From positions 124,236 through 171,128 of the IMG/VR virus record IMGVR_UViG_3300045007_000064: a stretch of DNA of 46,893 bases; one strand, 5' to 3'. The notes beneath the pieces are model-generated. The model worked only from the letters and a program-made list of their open reading frames with translations. It was not told the DNA's origin and ran no database searches. Position 1 is the first letter of the stretch. The number at the start of each line of letters is the position of its first letter. Origin of the DNA: a virus (Duplodnaviria; Heunggongvirae; Uroviricota; Caudoviricetes). A program made the position numbers and the translations under genes. This document shows positions 19,322 through 26,678 of the stretch, in pieces.

Positions 19322-19738
19322 TTATCCGAGGGCTTCGTTAGGATTGAAGGTTTGCATCACGGGGACAGAATCGCCATCGACAAACTCGATCTTCTTTCCA
19401 GTTGTAGTGGGCTTCTTCGTGCGAGGTCCGAAGGCATCATCACCCTGTCGGGCGCTGAACGGCTGATCCTTCTCGCTGTCTGCCAGAGCAGCTTCATATT
19501 CGCTGTAGTCGAATTCGGTGCTAGCTGACGCGTTGACAACGCGACCGCGGGCGTCCTTGCGAGGAGGCATCTTGAATGAGTAGCCGACACCGTAGAACTT
19601 GGTGTAGAGGTGGTCTCGGATATCCGAACGGCTGCGGGCGAAGTCTTCACCGAAGTTCGTAAAGTCTTCCTCAAAGAGGAAATGGAGGACATCCATCATG
19701 TCGGATGCCTCCAATTCCATCAGCCTGACCCCACTCAT
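19322..19738 (-). CDS. tail assembly chaperone, post-frameshift (T) segment
   Basis: Between G chaperone and TMP; frame stays open upstream to 19846, in the -1 frame relative to G. Confidence 0.65.
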   Translation of the reverse strand: MSGVRLMELEASDMMDVLHFLFEEDFTNFGEDFARSRSDIRDHLYTKFYGVGYSFKMPPRKDARGRVVNASASTEFDYSEYEAALADSEKDQPFSARQGDDAFGPRTKKPTTTGKKIEFVDGDSVPVMQTFNPNEALG

Positions 19739-19785
19739 TATTGCCTTGCCATTTACGTAGGGCCAAGTTTCCTCAGCCCATGCGA

Positions 19786-20118
19786 TCAGACCTCGCGTGG
19801 CTCTTCCGGGCGTCCGGAGTACTCCTCTACGAGCCAGCCAACAATCTCAGCGAGGGTTTCCACGGGAACGATGTTCTCCTGGCTTTCGAGCAGCGCATTG
19901 AATCGAATGCGGCTCTCGGGCAGGAGCACCGTGTCGTAGAAGTCGAAGATCATCTGAGCGGACTCAGCGGGGTCCTCGATGTTGGAGTTCTTGACCAGGC
20001 CCATCAGGGTCTTACCCTGAATGTTTGCCTGGGCGTGGAAGTCCTGTCCATAGAGACGGAAGGTAAGGGGTTCGGTCTTGTCCGCAGCGGGCGAACCAAA
20101 GTCCTTGAAACGGGCCAT
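19786..20118 (-). CDS. tail assembly chaperone (G)
   Basis: 110-aa acidic ORF two genes before TMP, ends EYSGRPE; GAAAGAAG RBS. Confidence 0.75.
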   Translation of the reverse strand: MARFKDFGSPAADKTEPLTFRLYGQDFHAQANIQGKTLMGLVKNSNIEDPAESAQMIFDFYDTVLLPESRIRFNALLESQENIVPVETLAEIVGWLVEEYSGRPEEPREV

Positions 20119-20167
20119 TGTAGTTCTTCTTTCAGTGTGTGTCTTTGAGGAGGATTCCTCTCACACT

Positions 20168-20173
20168 ATTGTA
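20168..20173 (-). promoter_or_regulatory. -10 element (TACAAT) upstream of chaperone
   Basis: Hexamer abuts the upstream TAG stop; no -35 match. Confidence 0.4.
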
Positions 20174-20581
20174 CTACAGACGAGCGAGGTAGATATTGTC
20201 GGTAAGGAATCGGTTCGCAGGCGTACCCGGGTGCATAACCGTGCGGTCATAAACCATGCGCCCCTTGGCTGAGAACCGAAGGAACGTTCCATTTCTGGCG
20301 CTAATCTCGTGAGGCCGAGTTCCCTCGTGGTGGAGGTACGCAATCTTGTTGTACGTACCGATCCATACCTCGGGAAGGCCCCCGTAACGCTGAAGGTTCC
20401 AGTGAATAGAACGCTCCAGCTCTCGGGTGTCCTTGCCTACCTGACGCTTAGCCGCAGCGGTAACTACTCGTGCAATGCGCTTCATGTGCGGAATGACCGG
20501 TCCTCGGTCATCATTGAATACACGGAAGATATCCGCCTGTGCGGGAGAGTAGTTCTGGAGGGTGACAGTTAGATTGATCAC
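20174..20581 (-). CDS. HK97 gp10-like neck/tail completion protein
   Basis: VGKDTRELERSI...AYLHHEGTRPH...VMHPGTPANRFL pattern. Confidence 0.65.
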   Translation of the reverse strand: MINLTVTLQNYSPAQADIFRVFNDDRGPVIPHMKRIARVVTAAAKRQVGKDTRELERSIHWNLQRYGGLPEVWIGTYNKIAYLHHEGTRPHEISARNGTFLRFSAKGRMVYDRTVMHPGTPANRFLTDNIYLARL

Positions 20582-21096
20582 ATCATCGCCATGCTGAGGT
20601 TGAGAACCGTGGTCTGAACGCCACCGCTGGGCGGGTTCACGTTCACGGTAGCGATCACATTCGGCCCGGGAAGTCCATCGATAGAGGCGATGTCATTGAG
20701 TCCCCAAAGCAGCACGCTGGCGTCCACGGCAGCCCACTTGGAGGCGTCCATGATGGTCTCGGCGGAGTTAGCCTTTCCTGCCTTACCGATGGGGTAGTTC
20801 CGGGTAATGAGGACGTTGAGTACCGCGGTGCGAGGATTGTTGCAGTTCTGCGCCTCGGAGGCCTGGTCACCGGGGAGACCAAGATAGCTCTGGGCGTAGG
20901 TCACTACAACCTGCTCGCAGTCTTCCGGAGCCTCCGGCCCCATCATCCAGAAACGGCGCGGCGGGAGCGGAACCTTGCTAGCTTCGAAAACCGCCACAAC
21001 TCGGTCCAGGACGCGCTCCATGAGATTGACGAGGACGAATGCGTCCGGGTCGATCCCGTAATTCTCGATGGGCTTACGTACTTCTGAAAGTGCCAT
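20578..21096 (-). CDS. probable tail terminator
   Basis: 172-aa ORF in the head-tail joining block; assigned mainly by synteny. Confidence 0.5.
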   Translation of the reverse strand: MALSEVRKPIENYGIDPDAFVLVNLMERVLDRVVAVFEASKVPLPPRRFWMMGPEAPEDCEQVVVTYAQSYLGLPGDQASEAQNCNNPRTAVLNVLITRNYPIGKAGKANSAETIMDASKWAAVDASVLLWGLNDIASIDGLPGPNVIATVNVNPPSGGVQTTVLNLSMAMM

Positions 21097-21116
21097 AGTT
21101 ATGTGTCCTTAGATTG

Positions 21117-21147
21117 AAAGAGGGCGGCACCCAAAGGCACCGCCCTC
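21117..21147 (-). terminator. intrinsic terminator
   Basis: GAGGGCGGTGCC-TTTG-GGTGCCGCCCTC 12-bp stem (two G-U) followed by TTTC. Confidence 0.7.
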
Positions 21148-21158
21148 TTCACGGATGA

Positions 21159-21596
21159 TTAGTCAGTCGGCTTGTCGTCTGACTTGGCTGCCGTCTTCTT
21201 GGCAGCGGTCTTGCGAGCGGCGGGCTTCTTCTCTTCAGCCTTGGCCTCGTCCTCGGACTTGGCCTCCTCGTCAGAGACGCCAGTCGCGGTGGAAGCCAGC
21301 TCGTCCACGGTGGCCTTGGCCTCTTCAGCGGCCTTAGCCTCCTTGCGGACCTCAGTCTGGAACTTCTTCGCGGCATCCGGCTTGACCGAGTTCTCGATTT
21401 CAGCCTGGAGCTTTGCGTTTGCGTCATCTACACGCTCAGCGAAGTCCTTGGCGTACTTGTCGCCCTCGTTCTCGTCACGAACAGCGTGCTCGATTTCCTT
21501 AGCGAGAATCTTGTTGTCCTCGCGAGGCTCGTTGTGCTGCTCGTCTACCTTCTCCCCCTTAGGGAAGTCCTTTTCGGTGAAATTTGTAACAGCCAT
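21159..21596 (-). CDS. charged hypothetical protein with KKPAARKTAAKKTAAK tail
   Basis: 145-aa ORF, strong GAAAGGAG RBS, own -10 and terminator. Confidence 0.75.
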   Translation of the reverse strand: MAVTNFTEKDFPKGEKVDEQHNEPREDNKILAKEIEHAVRDENEGDKYAKDFAERVDDANAKLQAEIENSVKPDAAKKFQTEVRKEAKAAEEAKATVDELASTATGVSDEEAKSEDEAKAEEKKPAARKTAAKKTAAKSDDKPTD

Positions 21597-21624
21597 TAGA
21601 GCTGCTCCTTTCGTGATTACTTCT

Positions 21625-21630
21625 ATTCTA
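21625..21630 (-). promoter_or_regulatory. -10 element (TAGAAT)
   Basis: Hexamer abuts the adaptor TAG stop; no -35 match. Confidence 0.45.
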
Positions 21631-22392
21631 CTAGAGACTACGGCGGCGACCGCGCGGGAGGTCCACGCTAAATACCTTGGCCTTGACGCGCGCCTTGTCG
21701 GGGTTGACCGACCGGAGGAACATGTCTACCATGTAGATTCCGGTCTTCAGTTCATCCAGGAAGTCCTGGTTGTCCAGGAGCACCCAGTTGACACCCTCTC
21801 GCGTCACGCTCATGACACGATCAGGTAGGTCGCACTCACTCTCGCGTCCCGACCACTGAAGGAAGAACTGCGTAGCCATAGCCTTCGCAGCCATACGTCC
21901 GGTGATGGGAGGCGGGGTGCCGTACGTGTACGATACGTCGATTCCGCGAGGAACAAACGATTCGAGCTGGAGGAAGGCCCGATTCACGATTGAGTATTCG
22001 CTCGGGTCTAGGTTCTCACCTGTGGCGAGGTTAGTGACGGAACCAATTGAACGTACCGGGGTTCCGTCAAGCTTGATCTTGCGGTTGTTCCAGTCGTACG
22101 GGTCTACGACGAACACACCCCAGTCACGGTCGTAAGTGGGGATGCCGCGCACGGGAGAGGCCGTGTAGGAGCCGAGCCAGGCCCGGTCTACGATGTAGCG
22201 CTCGGTGATAACCTTGCCGGTGTGGAACTTCCGCCCGGAAAGGGTCCACAACATCTGAGACGCGAACTCACAAGCCTGGAGCGCAGCCTCGTAGTCCTTC
22301 AAGGTGTCCACGTCAGACGGGTCGATGGTTTCCAGATTCAGGGATTCATCAATGTCCGCGGGAGTCACCCAGAGCAGTTCTAGGTCTGTCAT
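21631..22392 (-). CDS. head-to-tail adaptor
   Basis: ASQMLWTLSGRKF...YTYGTPPP..GRMAA...CDLPDRVMSVTREGV pattern of actinophage adaptors; synteny. Confidence 0.75.
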   Translation of the reverse strand: MTDLELLWVTPADIDESLNLETIDPSDVDTLKDYEAALQACEFASQMLWTLSGRKFHTGKVITERYIVDRAWLGSYTASPVRGIPTYDRDWGVFVVDPYDWNNRKIKLDGTPVRSIGSVTNLATGENLDPSEYSIVNRAFLQLESFVPRGIDVSYTYGTPPPITGRMAAKAMATQFFLQWSGRESECDLPDRVMSVTREGVNWVLLDNQDFLDELKTGIYMVDMFLRSVNPDKARVKAKVFSVDLPRGRRRSL

Positions 22393-22407
22393 AGTTGTCC
22401 TTCAACG

Positions 22408-22450
22408 AAAAGGCGGCGGTTACCAGCAATTATACCAGTAACCGCCGCCT
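22408..22450 (-). terminator. intrinsic terminator after major tail gene
   Basis: Perfect 13-bp inverted repeat AGGCGGCGGTTAC/GTAACCGCCGCCT, 14-nt loop, then TTT. Confidence 0.75.
22429..22437 (-). promoter_or_regulatory. extended -10 (TGGTATAAT) inside the terminator loop
   Basis: Perfect TGn-TATAAT in the loop, oriented toward the adaptor gene. Confidence 0.55.
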
Positions 22451-22462
22451 GTATCGGGGTGA

Positions 22463-23503
22463 TTAGACCGTGGGGTCTTCGACCGAGTTGAGGATGTTGT
22501 CCACGTCGCGGTCAGCGTTGTAGTTCACGTTACCCGGGACGTTGTAGTCAACAGCGGTCTCGCCGTCTTCCAGGTCCGTGACTGCACGAGCACCGGCTTC
22601 AACGGTAGCCGTACCCGTAGCGGCTCCCGCTGCTACGTTGGCTGCCGTCTTGGCGTAGGTGAAGGTGGTGTTGGAGGGTGTAGCCAGGATCGTGTACGAA
22701 CCGTCGAACGTTGCATCCACACCGACAACGTTCACGCGGTCACCCGGCTCGAAGCCGTGCGGCGTGGACGTGGTGATGGTAGCCACGTTGGAAGCGAGTT
22801 CCTTGTTGGTGATCGAGGCGGTCAGCGCGCCGTGCCAGGTGTAGAAGCCACGGAGACCCGAGGGTGCCCATGTCGTCTTGGCGAAAGCGTACGGACGGTT
22901 TGTAGCCTCCGGGAACTCCCAGCGACCGTCAGGACCCTCACCGAACAGCGAGTTACCCAGACCGTAACCTTCGAACGTGTTAGCCAGGAGGCCGTTCTCG
23001 ATTACGCGGTCACCGCTCTGGCGGAGCTTGGCGTACGGGAATACCCAGTGGTAGAACGGAGTCGTAGCCGAAGGCTTACCGTCGATGATCGCACGGGTCC
23101 AGCTCTCGATTGCCACACCGTTACCGGAGGGGTCGTCACCTACGGCAGGAGCAGCCCAACCGATGGACTTGTGGTCCGGGCTGGCGAACGTGCCGAGGTT
23201 CTTGCGGAGAAGCAGACCACCAGAGATGAGCGAAGTAAGCTCGGGGTCCGGTTCGCAGATCGCGAACTCCATGGTGATGCGCTTCAGGGTGTCAGGGGAC
23301 TTGAACGAGACGCAGACCGCACCGTTGGCGGACTTCTCTGTAATCTCGTCGCCTTCTTCGTACTCAGGGGTGAAGCTCACGCGCATGAATGCGTGGGTCG
23401 TGTAGCTGTCTCCTGGGCCGTTGAGAAGGTTCCCGTTAGCGTCCAGACGTGTGACACGGACTGCCACACCCTGGATGCTGGAGGTGTTTTCCTGGGTTGC
23501 CAT
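22463..23503 (-). CDS. major tail protein with C-terminal beta-repeat decoration domain
   Basis: SIQGVAVRVTRLDANG...YEEGDEITEKSANG..C tube fold pattern; one complete HGFEPGD...FDGSY unit. Confidence 0.85.
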   Translation of the reverse strand: MATQENTSSIQGVAVRVTRLDANGNLLNGPGDSYTTHAFMRVSFTPEYEEGDEITEKSANGAVCVSFKSPDTLKRITMEFAICEPDPELTSLISGGLLLRKNLGTFASPDHKSIGWAAPAVGDDPSGNGVAIESWTRAIIDGKPSATTPFYHWVFPYAKLRQSGDRVIENGLLANTFEGYGLGNSLFGEGPDGRWEFPEATNRPYAFAKTTWAPSGLRGFYTWHGALTASITNKELASNVATITTSTPHGFEPGDRVNVVGVDATFDGSYTILATPSNTTFTYAKTAANVAAGAATGTATVEAGARAVTDLEDGETAVDYNVPGNVNYNADRDVDNILNSVEDPTV

Positions 23504-23540
23504 TAGTTGGCGCTCCTCTTTGTTGTTCTAACTACCGGGA

Positions 23541-24416
23541 TCAGGGCAGCGTGACCTGAGCGGCGGAGAAGATGGATGGGTCGAAGTGAACAGCGGCGGG
23601 TAGGGAGATGAGCGCCTTGTGGTCGTTCGTAGACGGCACAGAGTACTCCTGGAGGAACGCGCGACCCAGCTCGACCGTGACAGAACCCGTGGCAAAAATC
23701 CACTTGTTCGTGTCAGTAGCCGCAGCACCCGAGGCACCCTCAGGACCGGCTCCGGTGTAACCGGCTCCGATAACCACGAGTGTGCCGATGCGGGTGATCG
23801 CAAAGGTGTTCGCATCGATGTCATTCTTCTCGAAGTAACGCAGACGCGACCCGAGGGCCGAAGCTACGTCCGGAGTCATGTGAATGACACCCGGGCCACC
23901 CGTGGGTGACTCTGCGATAGACTGCTCGATGAGCCAGAGCGCCTTTTCAGGTGAGACTCCAGCCGAAGTTACGACATCAGCGCCACCGTTGTTCGTAGCA
24001 CGGCGCAGGTATGAAGCCTTAGAAGCGGGGGTTGCGTTCTGGGTGGCTACACCCTCCCACAACTCGCGCTCTACAGCCTTCTGCGCAACGGCCTTAGCCT
24101 GCTTCTCCAGGCCCTCCGTGAGACCTCCACGGAGGAAATCTACAGAAGTCTTGCTGGCCTCTAGTTCTACGAAGAACGGGGTGGTCTCGTACGTGCTCGG
24201 CTTGTCGGAGCCATCATAGATGACACCAGCGCCACCGGTAATGACGGCATCCTGCTGAGTGCGGAGCTGTACCGTGGGGTACGCATCCGACTCGACGTTG
24301 GAGCCATCAATCCAGTGCTCGTCTTCCTCGCGGTGATCCACCACCCGAGCCACACTGAACAGACCGCAGGGGCGTACCTCTAGCGGTGCAGCGGGGATAA
24401 TGCCATTGAAGGCCAT
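23541..24416 (-). CDS. second capsid protein (probable major capsid pentamer protein)
   Basis: 291 aa directly after MCP; GLFSVA...ERELWEG...LIEQSIA...GVIHMTP pattern seen in actinophages with separate hexamer and pentamer proteins. Confidence 0.6.
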   Translation of the reverse strand: MAFNGIIPAAPLEVRPCGLFSVARVVDHREEDEHWIDGSNVESDAYPTVQLRTQQDAVITGGAGVIYDGSDKPSTYETTPFFVELEASKTSVDFLRGGLTEGLEKQAKAVAQKAVERELWEGVATQNATPASKASYLRRATNNGGADVVTSAGVSPEKALWLIEQSIAESPTGGPGVIHMTPDVASALGSRLRYFEKNDIDANTFAITRIGTLVVIGAGYTGAGPEGASGAAATDTNKWIFATGSVTVELGRAFLQEYSVPSTNDHKALISLPAAVHFDPSIFSAAQVTLP

Positions 24417-24461
24417 TAGATTTCTCCTAGTTCAGTGTGGCTCGGGTTAGTGGAATAGCGC

Positions 24462-26483
24462 TTAGCTGTTGGTGTTGACCAGGGCAGCAGCGGCACCGGA
24501 GACCTTGAAGGTCTGAGTGATCTTCAGAGACTCGATACCGATCTTGGCGACACCCTCGAAGGTCTCAACGAACATGCGGTAGTCGTTCGTGCTGACCAGA
24601 GTCGAGTCACGGATGATACCGATGTCGAGGCTTCCGCCGTCGAGGAACAGCCAGGTGCCCTCGGAGAACAGGAACCAGTCGAAGGTGACTGCGCCCGTTC
24701 CGTCCGGGTCCCAGGAGTTGAGTGCGCCAGGAGCCTGCACGCCGTACTCGTTCAGGTCGTACGAAGCGGTGAAGCTAACGTTCGAACCGGACAGGTAGCC
24801 GCGGATTTCTCCACCGGTAACACCCAGAGTGTCGTCACCCGGCATCTGGAGCGTCAGGTCAGAGGCGATAGCCTCGAACAGCCAGTTGGGGATGATCGCC
24901 TGAAGCGGCGTCTCCAGCGGCAGACGGTGACGCGAGCGGTACTGCGTAGCAGCCTTGCGAACCGTGACGAGGAAGTCACGAGCGACACCGACCTGGTTGG
25001 AAGCGTTGACGGCAGTGGAGCCTGCACCGATCTTTGCCAGGATGGTCTTCTCTGCGAGACGAGCGTGCTGGATGAGGGCCAGCTCGTTGTGACGCTGAAC
25101 CAGCTCAGGGTATGCGCGGCTCAGAAGGTTACCGATCTGGAGCTGAAGGGTGATAGCGTCAACCTCGGCGTAGCGAGTCTGCGCACCCTGGACAACCAGA
25201 ACGTTCTTCAGGACATCGGCACCGGAGCCGCCGTTGTTGGCAGCAGCCTCGTCCATGTCAGGCGTCCATACGCCGACAGCGCCAGCGTAGTCAGCGAGCT
25301 GGGGCGGCTCGATGTAGTTGATGGCACCACGGTCGGCCTGGAACTTCGGCAGGGAGTCCTTGACGGGACGTGCGTCGGTACCAAAACCGAAGATGTCGTA
25401 GCGCTGAGGAGCGGGGGTACCGAAGCCACCGGAGGCGACAATGGCAGCGTGGTCCTCGATTGCTGCGGCGATCTTCAGGCCGTTGGCCTCTTCAGCACCG
25501 GCGAGGAGCGTACGGTCCTCGGGGTACTCGGTACGGAACGAAGCAACAACGTGCTGCTCGCCGTCTCCACCAGATGCACGCTTCACGGTGCGCAGGCGCT
25601 CCACGAATGCTGCTGCAACGGCAGACTTGTCGGATAGAATGCTGCCTGCCGAGATGTTAGGAATATCAGCACCCGCAACAATGGCCACGGGAGCTTCTGT
25701 AACCTGGAGGTCTACGGCGCGGTCAGCGGGAGCCTGTGCGGTTCCCTCAACTGATGCGGTCACGGTCTGTGCCTCTTCCTGAGCAGCTTCCTGCTCAACT
25801 GGGGTTTCTTCTGCGATTGAAGCTTCTGCTTCGACGGGTGCTTCCTCTTCGGCTGCAATCTCTTCGACTGCGGCCTCTGCCTCGGCGGGGGTGGTAGCCT
25901 CTTCGGCAACTTCCTCAACTGCGGCCTCAGCCTCAACCTCGGTCGTCTCCTCCGCTGCGGGAGCATCCTCTACGGCTGCTTCTGCGGCGGTCTCTTCGAC
26001 TACCTCGGCTTCTTCGACTGCTGCCTCAACCTCGGGGGCTGCTTCAGCGACAGGCTCCTCGACTGCTGCTTCCTCTACGGATGCCTCAGTCTCAGAAATC
26101 TTTTCTGGGGTTTCGCTCACGGCTTCGACCTCCTCGGTTTCAGCAGATGCGGTAACGGCGGGAGCTTCCTCCTCGACCTCCGGTGCGTCCTCGGACTCAG
26201 GAGCCTCAGCGGTCTCCTCTTCGTCCTCAGCCTTACCGTGTACACGGTTTGCAGCCTCAGCCGCGCGTGCCTCAAGCTCTTCAGCCTGGGCCTCACGACG
26301 AACTACCTCGCCACGTACGGAGTCGAGCATGTCAGCCAGCTCGCTCATTGCATCTACTGACTCTGCGGAACGGTCGGCTTCTGCGAACTCATCAAACTGC
26401 GAGACAATGCTGGCTTCGAGAGCAGAAATCTGCTCGTCGTTCAGCTCAGCTAGATTGTCCATCTGCGCCTTGATGTGATCCAC
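24462..26483 (-). CDS. major capsid (hexamer) protein with long acidic N-terminal scaffold region
   Basis: GTG at 26483 with AAGGAGG RBS; E/A-rich N-terminal half, then about 320-aa capsid region after AIVASGG (FLDGGSLDIGIIRDSTL..NDYRMFVETFEG). Confidence 0.88.
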   Translation of the reverse strand: MDHIKAQMDNLAELNDEQISALEASIVSQFDEFAEADRSAESVDAMSELADMLDSVRGEVVRREAQAEELEARAAEAANRVHGKAEDEEETAEAPESEDAPEVEEEAPAVTASAETEEVEAVSETPEKISETEASVEEAAVEEPVAEAAPEVEAAVEEAEVVEETAAEAAVEDAPAAEETTEVEAEAAVEEVAEEATTPAEAEAAVEEIAAEEEAPVEAEASIAEETPVEQEAAQEEAQTVTASVEGTAQAPADRAVDLQVTEAPVAIVAGADIPNISAGSILSDKSAVAAAFVERLRTVKRASGGDGEQHVVASFRTEYPEDRTLLAGAEEANGLKIAAAIEDHAAIVASGGFGTPAPQRYDIFGFGTDARPVKDSLPKFQADRGAINYIEPPQLADYAGAVGVWTPDMDEAAANNGGSGADVLKNVLVVQGAQTRYAEVDAITLQLQIGNLLSRAYPELVQRHNELALIQHARLAEKTILAKIGAGSTAVNASNQVGVARDFLVTVRKAATQYRSRHRLPLETPLQAIIPNWLFEAIASDLTLQMPGDDTLGVTGGEIRGYLSGSNVSFTASYDLNEYGVQAPGALNSWDPDGTGAVTFDWFLFSEGTWLFLDGGSLDIGIIRDSTLVSTNDYRMFVETFEGVAKIGIESLKITQTFKVSGAAAALVNTNS

Positions 26484-26602
26484 GTTAACCTCCTTCAGGC
26501 CAGTTTCTAAATAGCAGAACGGTTCCACTATTTGTCGGTGGATTTCGGGGGGTCCGGGATTCATCCGCGCTCAGAGGCGGATTGGCGCTTGACCTGTGTA
26601 CA

Positions 26603-26621
26603 ATACTAACACAGAATTATA
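26603..26621 (-). promoter_or_regulatory. capsid gene promoter candidates (TATAAT; TGTTAGTAT)
   Basis: Two -10-like elements just downstream of the terminator, about 120 nt before the MCP start. Confidence 0.5.
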
Positions 26622-26640
26622 TAGGTGATTTTTTGACACC

Positions 26641-26668
26641 AAAAAGCCCCCTCCGGAGAGGGGGCTTT
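26641..26668 (-). terminator. intrinsic terminator after protease gene
   Basis: AAAGCCCCCTC-TCCG-GAGGGGGCTTT stem ending in TTTTT on the minus strand. Confidence 0.85.
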
Positions 26669-26678
26669 CATGGTTGAA

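Noticed and set aside
25760-26220. Imperfect GAG/GCA repeats in MCP as a tandem repeat element
   Set aside because: Low-complexity E/A scaffold coding sequence
26484-26564. ORF-track N-terminal extensions (MCP 26564; also portal 39249, paralog A 40303, primase 34, ORF 44398)
   Set aside because: Downstream starts have better RBS, coupling or promoter geometry
26589-26617. Plus-strand TTGACC-N17-CAGAAT antisense promoter
   Set aside because: -10 lacks the first T and no plus-strand gene follows; minus-strand elements explain the region
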